From assembly GCA_964016885.1 (NCBI GenBank), contig OZ024741.1, positions 184,636,001-184,700,000 on the forward strand: a DNA stretch of 64,000 nt, in the 5' to 3' direction. Source of the DNA: Eledone cirrhosa (lineage: Eukaryota). The notes under the pieces are model-generated. The model worked only from the letters and a program-made list of their open reading frames with translations. It made no database searches and was not told the DNA's origin. Positions 57,002-64,000 of the stretch are shown here, piece by piece; position 1 is the first letter of the stretch, and every line of letters begins with the position of its first letter. A program made the translations under genes and the position numbers.

Positions 57002-57073
<72 letters not shown>

Positions 57074-57686
57074 CATAAATATAAACATAAATATAAATAT
57101 AATTATAAATATATAAATATATATATATATATACACACACACGCAAACACATACAAATACATATAAATATATATATATATAAGTGTATACTCACACAATA
57201 TAAATATATTCTTATATGTTTGTATTATACATTTAACATTCAAATATTCAACCTTAATTCTTTCGTTATCTTTCCTCGATACCTTGTTTGACATCTTTAT
57301 GCGTTTTCCAGAATCGTATTCCCAAATCAGAAGATAGATGTGGTAGGGCGGTTGAGTTCCCTACCACTCCGGAGAGTTAAAAAAAAAAATATGATTGTAG
57401 TTTATGTCGTCGCTATGTCTAGGAATATGGCAAGTTGAAGATAATCACTTCAGAATTCTCTGTATGTAACCCAACACCAATGGTCGCCTGTTTACACGGA
57501 TAATTGCTCATTAATTGTACCTCTACCAACAGAAGAGTTCCGTTTTCGACCGCGTAGAAATAAATCTTCATAAAACGTTTGAGATTCCGTCTATTGCCAT
57601 GCGTTATCTCGTTGACTCGCTTGTATGCATGTCTCGCGCTCAACCTCTATCTCTCTTTGCTTTCTCTAACGCGCACACACACACAG

Positions 57687-57733
<47 letters not shown>

Positions 57734-58480
57734 CGTACATACACATACACACACATAAATATACTTATATATATATTTTTATATACCAACATACATACAT
57801 GCAGACAAACATACATACATGCATACTTACATACATGCATATATAGATACATACATACATACATATATACGTACATACATACATACATACATACATACAT
57901 ACATACATACATACATACATACATACATACTTACATACATACATATGAGATATCAAGAAACCAACTTGGCAAAGAAAGAAACAAAATATAACTGAAAAGA
58001 AAAAAACATCAGACAAAATATAAATAATAACAACGATAAAATACCATCAACATATACTTTACATAACTTACCATCCATCACACCACACTCAAACCTATTA
58101 TTTGTCTTTAACGAATACCAAAATATATAGTTGTATAGTTTGTCTACCATAAACTATGAAAGTGTCAAAGTGAATGAAATATAAATTAGTCACACTAGAA
58201 AATCAATGTATGAAAAATCTTCTGCGTACATGAAATGTGTGTTATGTTATGTTTTTGGAAATGTGTAATAAAAGTAAAGTGATTTTCTTTGCATACATAC
58301 ATATATTTGGATGCACACACACACACGCATATATATATGTATATATACACACACATACATACATGTATATATATATTAGAAATGTTAGCTCTCGCCGTAT
58401 TTTGGCTAAAGAAATTAAAGAAATTATTTAGCCTGATAGTGGGGTTAAGAACCCTCGGAGAAATAGAAAAAGATGAGTAT

Positions 58481-58551
58481 TGACGTACATGGGAGTCGAA
58501 CCCACATCTTTGGTTATCCGGCCACTGCGCTACCATTTACACCAACACATC
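58481..58551 (-). pseudogene. tRNA-like sequence (inverted copy)
   Basis: A-box TGGTGTAAATGG, B-box GGTTCGACTCC, TTTTT 9 nt downstream; anticodon arm 1 nt short. Confidence 0.7.
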
Positions 58552-58748
58552 ACCCGTCTTTTTTCATTCAAATCAGAAGCTATAAACTTAGCGACTCTAA
58601 TGTCAGGTAAGAATATTTTCGAAACAGCGAGTTGATTTGAAATTATTAGAAATGTTAGCTGTCGCCGTATTTTGGCTAAAGAAATTAAAGAAATTATTTA
58701 GCCTGATAGTGGGGTTAAGAATTCTCGGAAAAATGGAAAAAGACGGGT

Positions 58749-58820
58749 GATGTGTTGGTGTAAATGGTAGCACAGTGGTCTAGATAACCAAAGATGTGGG
58801 TTCGACTCCCATGTACGTCA
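58749..58820 (+). pseudogene. tRNA-like 72-nt cloverleaf (nominal anticodon AGA, identity uncertain)
   Basis: GATGTGT-TG-GTGT-AAATGGTA-GCAC-A-GTGGT-CTAGATA-ACCAA-AGAT-GTGGG-TTCGACT-CCCAT-GTACGTC-A; several G-U pairs. Confidence 0.7.
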
Positions 58821-59222
58821 ATACTCATCTTTGTTCCATTTCTCCGAGGGTTCTTAACCCCACTATCAGGCTAAATAATTTCTTTAATTTCTTTAGCCAA
58901 AATACGGCGATAGCTAACATTTCTATTAATTTCAAATCAACTCGCTGTTTCTAAAATATTCTTACTTGATATATATATATATATATATATATAAGTAGAA
59001 GGAATATTTAATTTGTTGGAAATACAACAAATATAAATGTTTATAACTGAATCAGAGCACTCGACCGTAATATCTGGAGTAAATATTCAATGATATTCAT
59101 TTGCATACACATATTAATAATTTTAAATATCTGATTTTTTTCTCTTCCCTTCACTTTCCAGGAAAAACGTGAACCGTTAAGGTATATTATCCTTAGTTAT
59201 ATTATCCTTGGGTATATTATCC

Positions 59223-59330
59223 TTGTATTTTATCTGATGATAGCGTACGAAAATGTTGGTACCCTTGATATATATATAATTGAATAAATATGGTTTTAAA
59301 AATATAGCTTCCATTTATTTAATATCATTG

Positions 59331-59335
<5 letters not shown>
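59223..59335 (+). ncRNA. Penelope-like pLTR with degenerate hammerhead ribozyme
   Basis: CTGATGA-stem II-GATA (GAAA mutated); homologous to 60760-60867. Confidence 0.55.
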
Positions 59336-59363
<28 letters not shown>

Positions 59364-59717
59364 TTAATACATTAACAGAGAAAGCTTTTAGCGATACTCT
59401 GACCAACTCCATTTCACTCAACACACATTAGGATATACCTGAGTATAATCCCAATTATGTGTTTGGGGTGCTAACTATATAGTATTCCGTGGACAGTTGG
59501 TTGTATTATTTTATATGAGACATAATTAAATAAATCACTCTTTCTTTCCATACGATCGTTTCGTTATAAGGTTTCTACAACGTGGGAGAAATAATGTTCA
59601 AGCTATGTAGAAACTTGTATATAATCCATAGATATACACACAAGTGGGCCCTTATAACTCATATATATATATATTTATATATATACATATATATATACAT
59701 ATATATATATATATACG

Positions 59718-59773
<56 letters not shown>

Positions 59774-59774
59774 C

Positions 59775-59869
<95 letters not shown>

Positions 59870-59882
59870 TATATATATATAC

Positions 59883-59964
<82 letters not shown>

Positions 59965-59966
<2 letters not shown>

Positions 59967-60146
59967 CAGAGTAAATATCACGGACGCTCTATCTCAAAAT
60001 TATTTTTGAAAAGCATTAGAAATGCGCAACCGGTAAAACTTAAAACCAAAACTGAATACTAACCAATACAATTACTAATTCTCACTTACTCCTAATTAAA
60101 CTATTTTTCACTGTGAACAATTTGTCAGCATTTTCTATTCCGTTTA

Positions 60147-60150
<4 letters not shown>
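59965..60150. repeat. ~185-bp unclassified repeat embedded in (TA)n, copy 1
   Basis: Direct repeat of 61064-61250. Confidence 0.9.
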
Positions 60151-60210
<60 letters not shown>

Positions 60211-60271
60211 CATACATACATATATATATATACATACATATATATATATATATACATACATAATTCATACA

Positions 60272-60315
<44 letters not shown>

Positions 60316-60449
60316 TGTATGTATGTATTATGTATGTGTGTATATATACATACACACCACACACACACATATATATATTTATATATATATATATAAATAT
60401 AAATTATCGAGAATCGCATTTCGGCTCACAAAATAACGAAAAACATTCT

Positions 60450-60502
<53 letters not shown>

Positions 60503-60579
60503 ATCAAAAGGGATATTCAAAAAATATAAATGTTTATAACTGATTCAGAGCACGCCACAGTTTTTCTGGAGTATAATGT

Positions 60580-60863
60580 TCAATGATATTAAATAAATGG
60601 AAACTATATTTATAAAAGCCTATTTATTCTATTTTATATATTTCAAGAGTACCAACATTTTGGTATGCTTTCATCAGATAAAATACAAAGTTTCCAAGTA
60701 AAACTTGAACCGTTAATATATCTTTTTATTGGTTATGTCAAAATTTATAGAACAAACTTTTTATTTCATCTGATGAAAGCGTACCAAAGTTTTGGTACCC
60801 TTGAAATATATATGATAGAATAAATATGGTCTTATAAATATAATTTCCATTTATTTAATATCA

Positions 60864-60867
<4 letters not shown>
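60580..60867. ncRNA. Inverted pair of Penelope-like pLTRs, each with a hammerhead-like core
   Basis: Plus strand: CTGATGA AAGCGTACCAAAGTTTTGGTACCCTT GAAA TATATA at 60770-60812; minus-strand copy at 60635-60677. Confidence 0.7.
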
Positions 60868-60906
<39 letters not shown>

Positions 60907-60986
60907 AACAAGTATGGCCCCGACGGCAGAGCTCAAGCCGTTGCGACGGCTATTTCTGGACTAAATATATATATATATAACAAATA

Positions 60987-61034
<48 letters not shown>

Positions 61035-61063
61035 CAAATAATATATATATATATATATACAGA

Positions 61064-61250
61064 TTAGAGCAAACATCACGGGCGCTCTATCTCAAAATTA
61101 TTTTTGAAAAGCATTAGAAATGCGCAACCGGTAAAAATTAAAACTAAAACTGAATACTAACCAATACTTATTACTAATTTTTACTTATTCCTAATTAAAC
61201 TATTTTTCACTGGGAACATTTTCTCAGCATTTTCTTTTCATTTTACCAAT
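61064..61250. repeat. ~185-bp unclassified repeat embedded in (TA)n, copy 2
   Basis: Direct repeat of 59965-60150. Confidence 0.9.
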
Positions 61251-61409
61251 ATATATATATCTATATATGTATATATATATAACAAATAGTTTATCGCTCT
61301 ACGTGGTTGAATACAATAAATGTAATCAGAGTTTTTCGAATATTACTAATATTCGATGCATAATTGCAAACGCATCGAATATTATTATTAATATTCGAAA
61401 ATCTCAGAT

Positions 61410-61523
<114 letters not shown>

Positions 61524-62530
61524 AGGGAGAAATAGAAAAGAAGCAATTCTGATTGGTTGTTCAACACTGAGATTGGTTGCTATAGCTGTGGTAGTTGATA
61601 GTATCATCAACAACAGCAAGAGGTGAAATTTATACATTTACTATATTAAATCATTTTAGATCCAAATATTTTAATTATTAATTTCAATTATTTTATATTA
61701 AAACAATTAAAATTATTTCAATTTATAATTCTTCCATTATTCATCCACTGATATACCGTTCACATTCTTAAAATCTTCGGAGCGGCTCTTGATATCGAAA
61801 TTTTGTAAAATATACCAAGTTCTGGGGAAGGTTGTGAAAAAGTCCTTAAAAATTATATATTTATTTTTTCTCATTGAAAGGCTCTATGTATACATAGATG
61901 TGAACCTGGGTGACAAATGCTTAACACATAACTAGTTAATAGGTCCGTTAATTCAACAAATAATTACAACGACATTAATTCTAGTTTCACATTTCCATTT
62001 TTTGCCACGGCTCTAAGACGTAGAAGTAAATTGATGTTTTCTCATTTTTGCATAGAATGTTACAAACACTAAAGTTTCTTAAACCTTTTGTCACCTAATT
62101 TGGTATATAAAATATAGTAAAAGAGTGCAGCACTTAAGTTGTGCATGGGTGAATTGTTGGTCCATATTCCATTTTCTTAAAACGTTTCCAGTTTTAGTAA
62201 ATTTGACTGACGGGTTGATAAATTATAAAGATGTTCTCTGATTGTTTGTTCTTGTAGCAGTTGGTGAGTGATATATTTTAAGCATCGACTCAACGTCTGA
62301 ACGCAATGGAATGAAATTTCCATTGTCACTGCCTCCGCCTCTCTCGCTCTCTCCATCTATCACTATTATAAGGAAATGGGGGTCCACGTGTTGGCTGCCC
62401 TGCGGCGCCGGCGGACAGAATAGAGAAGCCTTACTGTCAAGTTATTCAACGTTTATGAAATTCACGTAAGCGAGTAGTCTGCACAGAAAAAGTAAAGATT
62501 CTTGGTTGATTGATCTGTAAACATATTACA

Positions 62531-62597
<67 letters not shown>

Positions 62598-63039
62598 GTA
62601 TAGGTCACCATAATGAAACAACAACAACATCAAATAGTTGTGGTGACCTTATGACACATTTAACAAAAGAAATTATCAAATTCAATAAGTAGATATAAAT
62701 AAAACAATCTATTAAGAGAAATAGATATTTCCGTCACAATATGCATCTTTAGTGCATAGCTAGTCCATGAAAATTTAAGGATTTGAACAAATATTCGTAA
62801 GAATTGTTTAGAAAAAGAAAAATGAGCTCAAATTCTTTAAGATGGAATTATAGATAGGGAATAAAATTGAACAGAAGAAAAAAACTTGTGTAGGATGCTT
62901 AGTTACATACTAATATGGTAGTTCTCTTTTGTTTTTCGTATTTATCCGAATGTACAATGCAACAACCACCTCCGAATATGTTTACAAATAAACCAATATA
63001 CAGTAAAATATACCAACCAATATACAGTACAATATTATT

Positions 63040-63720
63040 CTTGAATCTGGTCAGAATAATTACAGGGATGTTCAGTTATTTCAGGGATATTTGCATGAAT
63101 TTAATGAAATATGCATAAGTCATGAAAGAAGAACTTTATTTCAGCAAAAAACTGGCATGAATAATCTTGAATCCGTTCGTGGCGCATCAACCCAATGAGT
63201 CTGCTGTTAGCATTGATGACTGTTTTAATACGATGTCTGAACCGTTGGCATACCCAAATCAGGTGATCTGTATCTATTTTGGACATTGTGCTAGTTATAG
63301 CAAACCTCAAAGAATTTATAGTGCTATGGGGATGTTGATTGACTTCCTTCTGGACTATGCCTCACACAGGTCTGAAGAAATAGGCCATGTGACGTGATTG
63401 TGGAAACTGATCCATTTATGGGTCGTCTTGACCTTATGTGATGATGCATAATTTTGTTCCCAGGTGTACGGACTTTCGTTGCTCAGGCTCACCGCCCAAG
63501 GCCTCACAACCACCACCAACACCTCCTTACGCCCCGAGAAAAGATGTGGGGGTGCCATGAAATCTCCTTCGCTGTTCATGACTCTCAGAACTATCACAGA
63601 TGTCAGTAAGTTTGTGTGCATGATAGTATCTCTTTAGAGTTTCTGCGTAATCATTTGTTATTCCTTCACTGAGGAAAAGCCAAATATTCCAGACTCTTGG
63701 ATGATTCAACTTGCTCACCA
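63040..63720 (-). mobile_element. Decayed Tc1/mariner (maT/DD37D-like) transposase remnant
   Basis: VMNSEG..PPHLF, YTWEQNYASSH (QD.A..H), WPISSDL (WPP.SPDL), CQRFRHRIKTVINAN. Confidence 0.8.
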
Positions 63721-64000
63721 AGTGCTATGCACGGTTCAGTATGGTCCTAGGGAATTAGTCTGCTCTCAGTAGGCACGTATAGGCGGGGGATGAAAACGGA
63801 ATGAGGACACCTTCCCAAATTAGTGAGTCTGCTATTTTATTGGATACCCTAACCTTTTGACATCTTATAGTCATTTATTGGTGTTGATTTCAACTAGGTG
63901 CCCCAGGCTATGCTTCTATTTTTATATCCTATGCTTGTACTGTTTCTTACGATTTGGGACCTTGCGGCCAATAAATGAAATTCTTAATTCTTAACATGTG

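Larger units (their letters stand above)
58374..58970. mobile_element. Nested foldback element carrying tRNA-like cassettes, flanked by (TA)n
   Basis: ~95-bp module at 58374, 58644 and inverted at ~58830-58927; outer module 58603-58643 inverted at 58928-58970. Confidence 0.85.

Noticed and set aside
58749-58820. Functional tRNA-Ser(AGA) gene
   Set aside because: Lacks the long variable arm, has three G-U pairs in the acceptor stem and a mismatch in the anticodon stem, and the sister copy differs in the anticodon loop

Overview
Eukaryotic, AT-rich, microsatellite-saturated intergenic or intronic DNA. It is most likely cephalopod (octopus), inferred from the SINE families and the density of (TA)n/(CA)n/(TAA)n tracts. 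No host protein-coding exon can be supported, and nearly all long ORFs in the track are simple-repeat artefacts. The real content is transposon-derived. (1) An alternating array at 5.3-17.7 kb of two different site-specific non-LTR retrotransposons sharing one (TAA)n tract: APE-type Tx1/L1 copies always on the minus strand and RLE-type R4/Dong copies always on the plus strand. A third head-to-head Tx1/R4 pair lies at 47.5-48.9 kb. (2) A tRNA-derived SINE whose 3' tail resembles the Tx1 3' end. (3) An RTE LINE with three C-terminal C2H2 fingers. (4) Mariner elements, a hAT element with its MITE, and a foldback remnant. (5) Several Penelope-like hammerhead-ribozyme remnants in inverted pairs next to (TA)n. 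(6) A foldback element whose loop is exactly a tRNA-like cloverleaf. (7) A 3-kb minisatellite with a ~75-bp unit. The best candidate for an undescribed system is the Tx1/R4/SINE group sharing one microsatellite on opposite strands, together with unusual signals in the Tx1 (17-bp double-CRE palindrome over the ORF1 start, repeated AAGGTAAGTG motif).
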